Origin: Nitrospirota bacterium
GTDB lineage: Bacteria > Nitrospirota > UBA9217
Reading direction: 5' to 3'
Assembly (NCBI GenBank): GCA_963840455.1
Contig: CAWIYV010000011.1
Span: 832,001-896,000 of the forward strand
DNA length: 64,000 nt
The position numbers and the translations under genes were made by a program. Below the pieces are notes generated by a model. That model did no database searches. It saw only the letters and a program-made list of their open reading frames with translations, and was not told the DNA's origin. Of the stretch, positions 19,044 through 29,992 are shown piece after piece; the first letter of the stretch is position 1; each line of letters starts with the position of its first letter.

Positions 19044-20433
19044 CTAGAGCAAGTCCAGTTGGCCGCTCGCAATCTTCTTCTTTTTGTAGTGTTTCAATAA
19101 AGCATTTACCTTTTCGTATTTTGAGTGGACACTACCATCAAAATGATTTCCGTGTACGATCTTAATAAATTCCTCTTTTTGCGTTGGCGATAATGCTGAT
19201 ACTTGTTTCTTCCATGCAACAGCTCCGTTGGATTTGTGCTTATCTCTATAAATAATGTAATTGTCTGGCATGAGAATTAGCTTCTTAAACTTATCAACAT
19301 TTTTACCAAACGCAGCCTCAAAGAATTCTCTTCTCGGGCTGACGACACCATGAGTAGCATGGAGAATGCATTGAATGCCTCGCAAATAACGTGCATTCCA
19401 ATGCTCGCCTACATACTTACGATCTTTGTTTTTAATCGGGATATACTTCATTGGAAATGAGAATATTTTCGTACCGAGGCGCTCATTTAACATTACATTA
19501 ATGCGCAAGCGTTCATAGAAATCTTCTGGTTTATCATGAAAATTGTAGAGGATGTAATTCGACAGGTTAAGCATTCCAAACTCAGCAGCCCACTCTATTT
19601 TCTGTATATACTGCTCCTTCATACCAATATGATCAAAAGCAATTCTCAATGGTTTGATAGGAAGCTCCGAGAGTCTTTTCATCTTCTCCTTTGTCAGCTT
19701 CCTCATATCAACGCCTTGATTGAAATCAACATGCCGCTCCTTCTTATTTAATTTTGCCCCTTTATAAAAACCTGCCTTTTTAATTTCATCTACAATGTCG
19801 TCAAATCTATCTGACGCCAGCACATTATTATCCAACAATAGCAAATCCGTCATCTTTCCATACTTCTTATCGATTTGTTGAATTTGCTTCAACAACGGAA
19901 TGTACTCAACATATTTTGGTTCAAGTGTTGGCACTGCACAAAATTCACAATGCCTGATGCAACCTCTAGTCATGTATGAAAAATAAGCGTCATTGGCAGG
20001 ATATTTGTATTCTATTTCTTCGAGAATGCTATAGTCAGGTACTAAATTGTCTATTCTATAATCGTAAGGCAGCTTAATCTTTCCCTTTTCATTCAACAAA
20101 CCCACAACCGGTTTGAAACCTGTTTCTTCTTCAATTTCCTGTAACATGATAGTCGCCATAGGACCGCCAATATAGAGATTCTGTCGGATCTTTCACGCTA
20201 TATTCGTAATATTTTATCGTCTTTATTGTTTCGGCCCAATAGAAACTGAACAGAGTTGTGATATATATTCTGTCCCAGGCTTGTTCTCTTATTTCAGCGT
20301 TTAAGCCTTTAATAAAGCGGACGTGCTCTCCACGCTCCTTATGAAAGGCGGCTATTTTCATAAGACCAAGCGGTGGATACTTGTTTTTATATGCAGGTTC
20401 AACAAGTAATATATGACTCTTTCTTTTCTTCAT
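19044..20433 (-). pseudogene. Radical SAM protein with a B12-binding-like N-terminus, frameshifted near 20184
   Basis: N part YPPLGLMKIA, C part RGCIRHCEFC (CxxxCxxC); frames join as KDP/QNLYIGGPMAT. Confidence 0.82.
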
Positions 20434-22742
20434 AGAGGGTGACTTAACCGAGCCAAAATTTCTTCCCATTTATTCCTTTCTTCAATATCTTTTGGTTCAT
20501 TTCTAGCGATCAAGTTAAAGAGAGAACGAAATAAGTTACTCTCTGCATTTGAAGTTGTTTGAATCGCCAAACCAGTTGACAATAAATACGCAATGTAACC
20601 ATTACTTAATGTTTGTACAGATTCGAAAAGATCATCCAGCTCTGCCGACTTGCGGATGGCCTCTTCAAGATAGATTCTCTTATCCAAATCCGTTACATGT
20701 GGCAATTCCTCTCGCATCATTGCAGTACTTATTCCAGTCGCTGCTTGCCAGCATCTTTCCTCATCTGAACATTGCCTGATCAAACCGTCGACAACGGTTC
20801 TCATATCACTTATTGCCTTCTGATATTGTTTAATGTAGCTGCCTATTGTCGCTTCGTTTGTGCTTAGTACAACATCCTTGACCGCCCCACCATTCGCAAG
20901 AAGAACATCTATCCTTTCATCATGACTCAGCGAAGACCAAACACTAGCGACAGTCACGTTTCTTAATGAATCTAGAATCTGGGACGCTTTCTCAATGTCA
21001 TATGTCCTAAAAGCAACTGCGATGTCGTGTAATAGCCCCCCGCTTTTTTGATAAATGATCACGTCCTCAGCTGACTTAGACTCATCTGGCTCATCGAAAC
21101 CCCGCATCCCGCAAAAAGTTGCGAAACTTGTAAATATATCAACGTCCTTATATTGTGTATTCATCATATAATATTTTAGAAAGTCGGCAATGAGTCCCAG
21201 ATTGCGACCTGAGGCGACGACTTCCAGAATGTCATTTGGATTGTCAATAATACAAGATAACGCTATTAGGCGACCGTTAATGTATAGTTCTTTTTCTTCT
21301 TGATCCCAAGGATTTAAATCAAACGTAGCAGCGGCGACATCCCTAATCAAAGTGTTCCGCGTCGCAGGCCCCAGATGGAAACCGGACTTAACGCTTTCAT
21401 AAAATACCTTTTTATAAATGCCGAGGCCATCCCTTATGGGCAATGTCCTCAGAATTTCATCTTTCGGAGCATGAGGCGGCATTCGATCTTCGGAATAATA
21501 CTTTATGGTTCTTTGCGATTCGCCTTCTTCAACGTCACTGTAAGATATTTGATCCCATTCGACTGGCTCGCCCGAAAAATAGCACATGCATTTCCTGGAA
21601 TCTAACAGAACAAAAAGCCCGATATCGCCAGGCAAGCATTTTATAGAGGGATGTATTTTCTGTGCTGTAGATTGAATTGCAGCTACAAGAGGACCTCTAA
21701 TGTCATTAAGCTCTTCACCAAATTCAGATACGATGCAGAGATCTGGCTTCCAATTCTCGATAGTGCTGATAGTGCCTAATATGCCAAGGTGCTTTTTGTA
21801 ATATTCTTTCTTAGTTATTTCCTCATTCGCGAATTCACTTCTCTTAATTGTGCCTATGTGTGCAACTAACACGTCTACTGCGTCCGTTGCATTTTCCACC
21901 CTCGTATGAACACTATGCTCCCTTAAGAACGCTTCATTTAGGTCTGCGATGTCGAAATCCCAGCCAGTATCGCCCGTTAATAACAAATTTCTACCACTGA
22001 CGCGAAAACATGCCCCAAGTGAATAATCGGCTGTTATAATTTCGTGATGCTTCGTATATATTGTTAGAATCTCGAAATCAAGATCATCTCTACCAGGCAC
22101 TCTTATTGATTGACCGGGGCTCATAACCGTTACTTTGCCGATATAATTCTTAAAATCCGTATTTGCGAGGTCCAAGTAATTAGAAAACTTCTTAAAGGAA
22201 CCAACATTTAGAAACAGATCTACCTTCTTTGAGGTTCTATGGTTAAGATATTTATCGTTCCGTTGATAAAGCAGACTAAGTAAAGACTCAAAGTCATTGG
22301 TGTGATCGTTATGTGCGTGAGTAATAAAGATGCCGTCAATATCATCTAGGCAAAAGCCGGCCAAACCGAAATTATGAATAAAGTTATATCCGGGGTCAAT
22401 TACGAGCCCGTAGCCGGATTTCAGGCTATTCTCTTGCCCTTGCACATATAAGAAATAACCGCCACCAATACTATACTGGTTAATTCTCTTTATTTGATCA
22501 GATTCTATTGGCAAACTAGGCGTGTATGAATTCCACTTTCGCAGAACGACAAAGAAACTCTCACATCCTAAAGGTATTCGTCGATATTGCGAAATAAAAG
22601 CCGCTCTCTTTTCCTCAAGCTGTTCGACAGATTGTAAAAAATCGTAAGGTTCCCCCTGCGAAAGCCGTTCTCTGATACCCGGCATCTCGTTATTTAGGAA
22701 ATGCAATAAATCTTGCCTACGGTTTTCTCTAGTTTTATACAT
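20430..22742 (-). CDS. MBL-fold metallo-hydrolase, 770 aa, with a long C-terminal extension
   Basis: VIDPG, THAHNDH, LLTGDTG and HLG motifs. Confidence 0.85.
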   Translation of the reverse strand: MYKTRENRRQDLLHFLNNEMPGIRERLSQGEPYDFLQSVEQLEEKRAAFISQYRRIPLGCESFFVVLRKWNSYTPSLPIESDQIKRINQYSIGGGYFLYVQGQENSLKSGYGLVIDPGYNFIHNFGLAGFCLDDIDGIFITHAHNDHTNDFESLLSLLYQRNDKYLNHRTSKKVDLFLNVGSFKKFSNYLDLANTDFKNYIGKVTVMSPGQSIRVPGRDDLDFEILTIYTKHHEIITADYSLGACFRVSGRNLLLTGDTGWDFDIADLNEAFLREHSVHTRVENATDAVDVLVAHIGTIKRSEFANEEITKKEYYKKHLGILGTISTIENWKPDLCIVSEFGEELNDIRGPLVAAIQSTAQKIHPSIKCLPGDIGLFVLLDSRKCMCYFSGEPVEWDQISYSDVEEGESQRTIKYYSEDRMPPHAPKDEILRTLPIRDGLGIYKKVFYESVKSGFHLGPATRNTLIRDVAAATFDLNPWDQEEKELYINGRLIALSCIIDNPNDILEVVASGRNLGLIADFLKYYMMNTQYKDVDIFTSFATFCGMRGFDEPDESKSAEDVIIYQKSGGLLHDIAVAFRTYDIEKASQILDSLRNVTVASVWSSLSHDERIDVLLANGGAVKDVVLSTNEATIGSYIKQYQKAISDMRTVVDGLIRQCSDEERCWQAATGISTAMMREELPHVTDLDKRIYLEEAIRKSAELDDLFESVQTLSNGYIAYLLSTGLAIQTTSNAESNLFRSLFNLIARNEPKDIEERNKWEEILARLSHPL

Positions 22743-23785
22743 TACAGTAATCCCTTAGATGCGAGAGATGTGTTGAACTTTTCTGCCAAGATATTTACCC
22801 CTTTAAAACCGCCGGCAGACTTATCATAGTAATCTACATTTGCTTGCCTCATTGCTGACGCATAGGCGTGAAAATCAACTCTATCGGCTTTCTTCTTGTC
22901 TAGATTTGCAACTAATATGAAGCGTAGTGTTTTGACCAATGCATTAAATCCAACGCTCTTTAAAAGTATTGTTGAATTATTCCACTCCTGTGCAAAATTC
23001 TTTCGAACGGCAGCAAAATATCTTTCGAGCAAATGCACTTTCTCCTGCATAGAGTAACTACTGCCTAGTAATTCCAAAATATGATATTTTGTTGTTAATG
23101 CTTCAACCAAAGATGCTTGGCTTACATGGCCGGTTCCTATCCCCAACATTTTTATCATTCCATACAGCGGAGATTCGACATTGCTGTTTAAAGCAGATAC
23201 GATTTCATGAGCTTCCTTATACTTAACAAAATCCGGGTCTTTGTTAAAAGCAAGTAAGTCATATACCAACGATTTGCTCACGGGTTTTTGATAGTAATTA
23301 ATCCTAGTGAATATTTCGGCGATCGTTGGTAGCTCCAGGCCGAAGTAGGCAGCAACTACTAAGTCTAGCTGATTACCTTTACTATATTTTGATGCGAACG
23401 CTTTTAAGCGATGTTGTCCATCGATAACGTAAGCCGATTTTTCTTCAACGCTTATAGTCAACAAACTCTTTTTTGGGTCGTAAAACTCGTCCTTGTACGC
23501 GAGGGGAATATTAAGAATTATTGAATTGGGGAAGAACGGGTGCTCAGATGAAATAAATTGGCCAATCTCCTTATCCCTATCTTCTTTATGAGCTCTTTGA
23601 ACGCCAAGAGGAGAATCTGTTCTTGACAGGAATTTCGCAATGTCGAGCACAATATTCGATGGCAGTGAAAATATGAAGAAGTCATTTTCCTTCGAAAAGT
23701 CGTCTTCATCAAAGAGAGTTTCTTTAGAGCGCTGTTTAACTTTAATAGCAGCTGCCCGTATATTTATGAATCCACCTGCTGGCAT
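22742..23785 (-). CDS. DGQHR domain protein (DndB/ParB superfamily)
   Basis: GVQR, FPNSIIL, VIDGQHRL and IFTRINYYQKPV motifs. Confidence 0.92.
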   Translation of the reverse strand: MPAGGFINIRAAAIKVKQRSKETLFDEDDFSKENDFFIFSLPSNIVLDIAKFLSRTDSPLGVQRAHKEDRDKEIGQFISSEHPFFPNSIILNIPLAYKDEFYDPKKSLLTISVEEKSAYVIDGQHRLKAFASKYSKGNQLDLVVAAYFGLELPTIAEIFTRINYYQKPVSKSLVYDLLAFNKDPDFVKYKEAHEIVSALNSNVESPLYGMIKMLGIGTGHVSQASLVEALTTKYHILELLGSSYSMQEKVHLLERYFAAVRKNFAQEWNNSTILLKSVGFNALVKTLRFILVANLDKKKADRVDFHAYASAMRQANVDYYDKSAGGFKGVNILAEKFNTSLASKGLL

Positions 23786-23794
23786 GAAACCTCC

Positions 23795-24823
23795 TTAAGA
23801 ATCCAAGCCAATTTCGCGACAGAACCTTGCGAATTTTCTATAACATTGTTGTAATTCGGCCTTCTTGTTCTTGTTCTCTTCCATTTCTTCTCTTACTTTT
23901 TTAATCTCCGACTCTTCAAGCAATTCCCTGAACTCTCTCACCTTTTTATAGAATCGATCAACCTTCTCAGGCTTATGTTCATACAGGACATGCTTGCCCT
24001 CATCAAACGCAAACTTTGGATCTCCCTCCGTAAATGCTTTCATTGCTTTTTTATGACTCAAGATTTTAGGGAGGTCCCTAACATTCTGTGCCTTCTTTAA
24101 TCTATCTTCCCTGACCCACCCAACAAATTCATCAAGAAATTCCGGCGTGTCTTGCGTTCTTTTTACAAGCTCTTTTTGAAGATAAAAAGCCTCAAAATAG
24201 CTGTACTTCTTTAACTCGTCACGTGAGCCATTAACCAGTTCTTCATTTTTATCATTGGCAAGATATTTTTTAGACATTACTTCATATGCGTTCAACATGG
24301 CATCAATGGACTTCCTTTGCTTACCAAGCTGTTTCGCAATTACGTCAGGACTTTTTTTTAGGGTCTTGATCATTTTGTATATATAAGCTGCCTTTTCATA
24401 TGCGTCCCACTCCGTTTTCCCCTTAATATGAAACGTTCCTAAAATATAGAAAAGTTCATCTTCCGTTACATCTTCCTGTAGAATCCTCGCTTTGATAAAT
24501 TTCCATGTCTTTTCTTTTGGATATTTCTTATTCAACCTTCGAAATGCGCAAAGACGGGTATTCCCTTCAACTACCTTATTCCCAAGCACATATATTTCGT
24601 CTAAGAGACCTTTGTTTTCTTCCAGATCTTTAATTCTCTCTTTAGTAGAATCCAGTTTCAATAATTCTTGCTCGATGAATTCCTGTGTTACTCTCTTCGG
24701 TGGATTTCTACTCACGATGTAGTTGATGCGCGGGTTTTCTCGATAAAACTCGACGTTATAAATATCGACGTCTTTAATCTCATAAAATATTTCTCTGCCT
24801 AATACTGTAATCGATTCTTGCAC
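23795..24823 (-). CDS. ParB/Srx-like N-terminal domain protein
   Basis: ENPRI, VVEGNTRL and WDAYEKA; paralogous to 26657-27674. Confidence 0.8.
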   Translation of the reverse strand: MQESITVLGREIFYEIKDVDIYNVEFYRENPRINYIVSRNPPKRVTQEFIEQELLKLDSTKERIKDLEENKGLLDEIYVLGNKVVEGNTRLCAFRRLNKKYPKEKTWKFIKARILQEDVTEDELFYILGTFHIKGKTEWDAYEKAAYIYKMIKTLKKSPDVIAKQLGKQRKSIDAMLNAYEVMSKKYLANDKNEELVNGSRDELKKYSYFEAFYLQKELVKRTQDTPEFLDEFVGWVREDRLKKAQNVRDLPKILSHKKAMKAFTEGDPKFAFDEGKHVLYEHKPEKVDRFYKKVREFRELLEESEIKKVREEMEENKNKKAELQQCYRKFARFCREIGLDS

Positions 24824-24827
24824 CGCG

Positions 24828-26257
24828 TTAGCCCCCCAAAATAGTCAATAGTTCTTTTTTGTTTAAAAGAAACTCAGAACTGTCGGGCCGCAATTCTTTT
24901 CGATCACTTTGCACAAAGGCAGCAATATCTGTTTTAACCTCAATAACCCTGTCAATGTATTCGTCTATTGTATGTTTTCCGATTATTTTATAGATATTAC
25001 ATGGTTTAGTTTGAGATATTCTATGTATTCTGTCCTGCGATTGCAAGTAATCAACAAGATTAAAATTTCTATCTAGATAGATTGCATTGTTAGCCCTTGT
25101 TAATGTCAATCCCTCTCTAGCTGCTGCAGGATTCGCTATCAGAACTTCATTCTTATCAGACTCTTGAAATGCTTTAACAGCTTCAGCTCGCTCTTTTATC
25201 GGCACATCGCCGTGTATAATTAGCGGATTATATTTCTTGTACCTTGATCTTAAAGTCGTTATATTTTCTACAAAGCTGGTCCAAACAATAGCCTTCTCTC
25301 CTCTAGAGGTTATCTCCTCCAAAAGGTCATCCAACGTGTTAAATTTGGCAGGCGTGCCATTGTAGCTTTTATCGACCATATGTGGATTACTTGCAATTTG
25401 AGTTAGCCTTAATAGCTTTTTGAGGATATTATCAGCTTCATCAATTACCCTATTCCCATCCATGTCTTGGACTTCGATACGCAATTCTTCACGTAGTTTG
25501 TTGTATTGTTCGAGTTGTTTGCCGGAAAGCTCGACGTATACATTTGTATATTTTTTCTCGGGAAGCTCAAGAACATCATCTTTACAGCGACGCAATGAGT
25601 GCTGCGAGATTATAATTTTCAACTCATCAAGCTGCTCTGTGTAATCATCATTCTTTTCATTGTATTTAGATTTAAATTCGCTAAAATCATCACCAAGAAG
25701 TTTGCCTCCATCTAGAAAATAATATTGCGACCACAAATCAATTGGCTTATTAGCGACCGGTGTTCCGGTAATAATAATTCGTTTTTCAGAAAAGGGCCGA
25801 AGAACAAATAATGCCTGAGCTGTTTTTGTTGCTGGATCCTTAATGCGTGCTGATTCATCAGGACTATTGCAACCTGGCGACTCTTACAAAATCGCTTAAT
25901 TCGTTCTAGCTCAGCGACGACACCTTCGTAGTTAGTTATATAGAAATTTGCCCCGGTTAGGAATTTATATCGTTTTTCTTTTTCTCCACCTCGCAACACT
26001 ATTGGAATGAGAAATGAGTGCTTTGCAACCTCCTGCTCCCAGTTATACAGCAAAGACATTGGCGCCACAACGAGGACGCCTTCTAACGCACTGTTCTTCA
26101 TTGAGAGACACAGTGAGTCTATTACTATCTTGGTTTTTCCTAACCCCTGCTCATCAAATAGGGCGACCTCTTGTTTATCGTATAGGTAGTTGATCGCCTC
26201 TATCTGGTGTGGCATTGCTTGCGTCTTGGGCTTAAATATTTGCTTTTTTCTAATCAT
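24828..26257 (-). pseudogene. SNF2-family helicase, frameshifted near 25860
   Basis: DEQGLGKT Walker A; restoring one base gives VLDESARIK..ITGTP; C-terminal GLTLT and QSQDRIHRISQ. Confidence 0.88.
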
Positions 26258-27674
26258 TTATTATTTCATCAGGTACATAAAGGATCGTGATATTTGTAGA
26301 CAAATGCAATCCAATTTTTTCCAAGCCTTTCAGAATTGTCTTTTCAACAGACTTAGGAACTCCTATATAGACATCGCATTTCATCCCATTCAGTTCGAGG
26401 TTAGCAAAATCTCTTAACTGCTCGAAAGTTCGCGTGTTCATGATATCATTTTCTGTTTTTGCCTCGCCAATGCAGATCTGACCGTTCTCCTTTACACCCA
26501 TTGCATCCGGCCTATGTCTTATAATCGTAGGTGGCATCGGACATGCTTCTCCAAATAATCCCGGATATGTTCCGTCTACGCATGATATTGTAGCTCCGTC
26601 TTCGCGCATCTTCTTTATGACAAGTCCGAGAATAAATTGATGTCTATTGCCCGCCATTACGAAATGGTTCCGATATTCTTTAAAAAGATTAGTAACAGTA
26701 TCATGTAGTTTTTTTAGAGATTCGATTTTTGCGGGCTGCAATCCCCGTTTTATCTCATCAAGCTCGCTAAACGGTATGCCTTCCAATCCCACGATAACGT
26801 CTTCTACTTTTTCAAATAGCTTTGATTTTGCCGCAGGATTCTTTTGTTCTAGTTGGTCAAGTGCCGCCTGAAAGTTATCGTCCATAAGAGCTTGTTTCGA
26901 TTGTTCATCATTTAGCACCATGGGAAGTTTTCGAATGTCTTCACCTCGTTTGAATTTACCATCACCAACCCATTCGCAAAAATCCATTAGTGATACTTTC
27001 CCATCTTTTACAAGTCTCTTTAACTCCCTGTTTTTTCGAAATTCCACGAAGTAGCTGAACTTTAGCCGTTCTGATGGCTTATTGTATTTAGGAAGATATT
27101 GCTCTTCCATGTCTGTATAAGCTTGTATGTTATTTCTTATTTCATTGGCTCTTAACTTCGTTAGCTGCTCAAGACGCTTTAGCGAGTAATCCTCGTCTGT
27201 ATGGAGGCGGTATAGTTCCCTTGCTTTTTCATACGCAGCCCACGGCGTTGCTCCAAATAGATGTTTTTCCAGCCTTATGAAGTTAATTACGTTTCGATCT
27301 ATCTTATACGGCAACTCGTACGCATCAATTGTTTTCCACTTGTCATCGTTTACGTACTTTTCTGATAGTTCTTCGTATATAAAAGACCTCGTATTACCCT
27401 CAATCACAACATAATAATTATCCTTCGGCACTACCCAAATCGGGTCATAGATACCGCCGTTCAGCTCTATATGCTCTTTCAGCTTTTCGTACTGATCATT
27501 ACCTTCAGCAAGAGCGAACTTTATCTTATCTTGAGTTACATTATCATTCAGACGGGTATCGAGAAAATATTGGATACGGGGATTTTCAATATCGAGAATG
27601 AGTTGCTTAATAGGAATCTTAGTTCGCTTAATTTCAGTTGATACTCCGTCTAGATTAACAGTTATATTATCCAT
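26250..27674 (-). CDS. ParB-like protein (about 26657-27674) apparently fused to a PD-(D/E)XK nuclease (26250-26657)
   Basis: ENPRI, VIEGNTR and WAAYEKA in the N part; RPDA..IGEAK in the C part. Confidence 0.8.
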   Translation of the reverse strand: MDNITVNLDGVSTEIKRTKIPIKQLILDIENPRIQYFLDTRLNDNVTQDKIKFALAEGNDQYEKLKEHIELNGGIYDPIWVVPKDNYYVVIEGNTRSFIYEELSEKYVNDDKWKTIDAYELPYKIDRNVINFIRLEKHLFGATPWAAYEKARELYRLHTDEDYSLKRLEQLTKLRANEIRNNIQAYTDMEEQYLPKYNKPSERLKFSYFVEFRKNRELKRLVKDGKVSLMDFCEWVGDGKFKRGEDIRKLPMVLNDEQSKQALMDDNFQAALDQLEQKNPAAKSKLFEKVEDVIVGLEGIPFSELDEIKRGLQPAKIESLKKLHDTVTNLFKEYRNHFVMAGNRHQFILGLVIKKMREDGATISCVDGTYPGLFGEACPMPPTIIRHRPDAMGVKENGQICIGEAKTENDIMNTRTFEQLRDFANLELNGMKCDVYIGVPKSVEKTILKGLEKIGLHLSTNITILYVPDEIIND

Positions 27675-27809
27675 GTATGCTCCTTGACAAGGAAACCTTA
27701 TATTGGTCAGGACCGTTTGGGGTCAGGCCTGAAAAGATGAAATGTTGCCCGCCCCCTCGTTTTACGCTTCGGCCCCCATAGGGTCACCCATTTAAAGGGC
27801 ACCGTCAAG

Positions 27810-28191
27810 CGAAAACAGCTATCTTGTGGCGAGAAACGAAACGTTTCTCGCCTAGCCTTGTCGTTATCTTCATCTTCACCATTGCCGCAGTTTCATTCGG
27901 TTTCGGCGTCAGTCTTCACTGCACCAGTCACCCATCGGGATTAAGGTCATTGGTGGAGCTCTTTTATCCATGACCCTTTCCGCCTTTTGGCGGACCAGAA
28001 AATCTTCGGTTCCATGCCGTGTCCAGGAGTTCGTACAAGTCTTATGGTTGTTAACCAGCCCCAAGATGGCTCGCGGTATGGGCAGTAAAGATGCTGATAA
28101 CGCTATAAAAGGGTGGGACGGATTACCAATCAGGTCTCGTGGTTTTACCAACCCTAAGGCAGGTTCACCGTCCCAGCCAGCTTGTGAACTT
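27810..28191 (-). ncRNA. Candidate bridge/seekRNA of the full IS copy
   Basis: Reverse complement of 6279-6660. Confidence 0.6.
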
Positions 28192-29214
28192 TCATTGCGT
28201 AAAGAGCTTCTCCGGCATAAAGGACACTCCATCTCTCATGATGTAATACGCTGCTCGTGCCAGTTTGTGTGACAGGGCTTGATGCGCTATCATTGCGTTG
28301 GTCTTTTGCATCTTTCGCTGGTAAAATGCCCGGGCCTCCGGATAATGGCGCCGGGCAATCTCGGCAGCTTCGGAAAAGGCCCACGCCAGGTACTTGTTGC
28401 CGCTCTTCTTGTTTCCTTTGCCCTTTTTCTTATCGTTGCTGATCCATTTTGTTGAAACCTTTCGGCAGTAGGAGCAGTAGTTGCCGACTTGCGCAAAACG
28501 GCTGATGGGGCCGGTTTCTAGCATGATCGTAAGTCCCAACGTTTTCCCCACACCTTGCATGGTGAGGAGCTTCGTGTATTGTTCGCGCAGCTCCATTCTT
28601 TCTTCGACGACGTTTTCAACGGCTTTGATCTGGCGCGTCAGAAAATCTATGGACTCCTTGCTGATCTTGCCAGCCAATGCCAGGTCCTCGTTCTGTTCAA
28701 GAAACGGCGCAACGCGATCTGTATTCAATGCCTTGACGTCATTCGTCTTGATCCGAAACCCATTGTTGCGGCAAATAATGTTCTGCAAGCTGATGATGAG
28801 CGAAGTCCTGAGCTTTACGAGATGACTTCTTTTGCGTAACAAGTCGCGGATCGGTCTATCTTCTTTCGGGTAAATGTAGCCTTCGGGCAGGATTCCGAGC
28901 CGCAGCATCTCGGCCAGCCAGAAGGCATCATGCTGATCGTCTGAATACTTGAGTCCCTTATATTGTTTAATCTCCGTAGGGTTGGCGAGATGAACCTTGT
29001 ATCCTTCCGCCATGAGTGCATCCACCAACCAGTACCAGTTGTACGTGGACTCGATGACGATGCCGGTAATTGCATCAATGTAGGGTGCGAGGGCGGAAAG
29101 AATTTGTTCCGAATCATTGGGGAGCTTCCTCTTGAACACCCGTTTACCAGTTTCATCGATGATCGCCAGATAACTGTTGCTTGAATGCAGATCAATTCCT
29201 GTGTACAATCGCAT
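28192..29214 (-). CDS. IS110 family transposase (DEDD recombinase)
   Basis: GIDLH, IEST, SDDQHDA, MQGVG, GNKYL and KLARAAY motifs; 340 aa. Confidence 0.95.
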   Translation of the reverse strand: MRLYTGIDLHSSNSYLAIIDETGKRVFKRKLPNDSEQILSALAPYIDAITGIVIESTYNWYWLVDALMAEGYKVHLANPTEIKQYKGLKYSDDQHDAFWLAEMLRLGILPEGYIYPKEDRPIRDLLRKRSHLVKLRTSLIISLQNIICRNNGFRIKTNDVKALNTDRVAPFLEQNEDLALAGKISKESIDFLTRQIKAVENVVEERMELREQYTKLLTMQGVGKTLGLTIMLETGPISRFAQVGNYCSYCRKVSTKWISNDKKKGKGNKKSGNKYLAWAFSEAAEIARRHYPEARAFYQRKMQKTNAMIAHQALSHKLARAAYYIMRDGVSFMPEKLFTQ

Positions 29215-29313
29215 ACAGCACCTCCTGGGATGAGATTGGTCTCTTCTCCCAAGAGCATATCAGAGCTTAAACGTTCTGGTATGCTCTGGAGGTGCCCTTT
29301 ATATGGTTATACA

Positions 29314-29765
29314 GGTCTCTTTTGTTGCATTTCCCTCTTCCCCGCACCTTCGGACGCGGTCCCCTTCCCCTGCGAACCTCTCGCGGTCGGGTCGATACTG
29401 TCTCCCTTTATTGATCCATCTACCCCGCACCCCGTTTCACTCCTTCAGTATGCCTCATCAACCAAAGCAGCCGCTCATTTGAATGCGACGGCCGGATGGA
29501 GCTGGGCTGTTTCGAAGGTGATCAGTCCCGCCTGGACGAGCGGGTCCTGGTTCACGACCTTGTCGGCTTCCTCCCTCGTCTCCGCCCTGACGACGATCAT
29601 ACCGCCATGGTCGCCCCACTTGCCGGCCTGCACGAGGACGCCCGCTGCGAGCTGCTGCCTGGCCCATTCCCGGTGCAAGGGGATCGCCTTGCTGATCTGC
29701 GCCCGGTCCGCGTTGGATTTGAACTTGTTGATCGACATGAAGTACATGCTTGTATCCCTCTTGGG
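29314..29765. repeat. Block of about 450 bp duplicated at 32466-32917
   Basis: Near-identical sequence including the YciI gene and its downstream region. Confidence 0.9.
29475..29747 (-). CDS. yciI: YciI family protein
   Basis: HREW, AGKW..GGMIVV and DPLVQAGL motifs. Confidence 0.85.
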   Translation of the reverse strand: MYFMSINKFKSNADRAQISKAIPLHREWARQQLAAGVLVQAGKWGDHGGMIVVRAETREEADKVVNQDPLVQAGLITFETAQLHPAVAFK

Positions 29766-29992
29766 ACCCCTCAGGATCAGGTCTCTTTTGTTGCATTTCC
29801 TTCTTGCCGGGAGCCCGCGAGGGTCACGATACTTCCGACACGGTGACAGGGAGACGCGGAGACACGGGGATAAGCAGAAGTCGTCCGAATCTCAGAGAAC
29901 CCGTTACGCCGCCGCCTTGCGCGCTCTGTACTTCAGGGTCATGGGGCACGGGCCAGCGGTTCGATCCAGTTCTGCTGCGACCGGCAGCCTGG

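Larger units (their letters stand above)
27785..29311 (-). mobile_element. IS110-family (IS1111-type) insertion sequence, full length (1527 bp)
   Basis: Subterminal inverted repeats, TG core at both junctions, transposase plus about 400 bp of 3' non-coding region; comparable empty site at 32460. Confidence 0.93.

Noticed and set aside
19044-27674. Canonical Dnd, Dpd, BREX or DISARM system
   Set aside because: Hallmark genes (DndC/D/E, DpdA, PglX/PglZ, DrmA/B with a methyltransferase) were not recognised.
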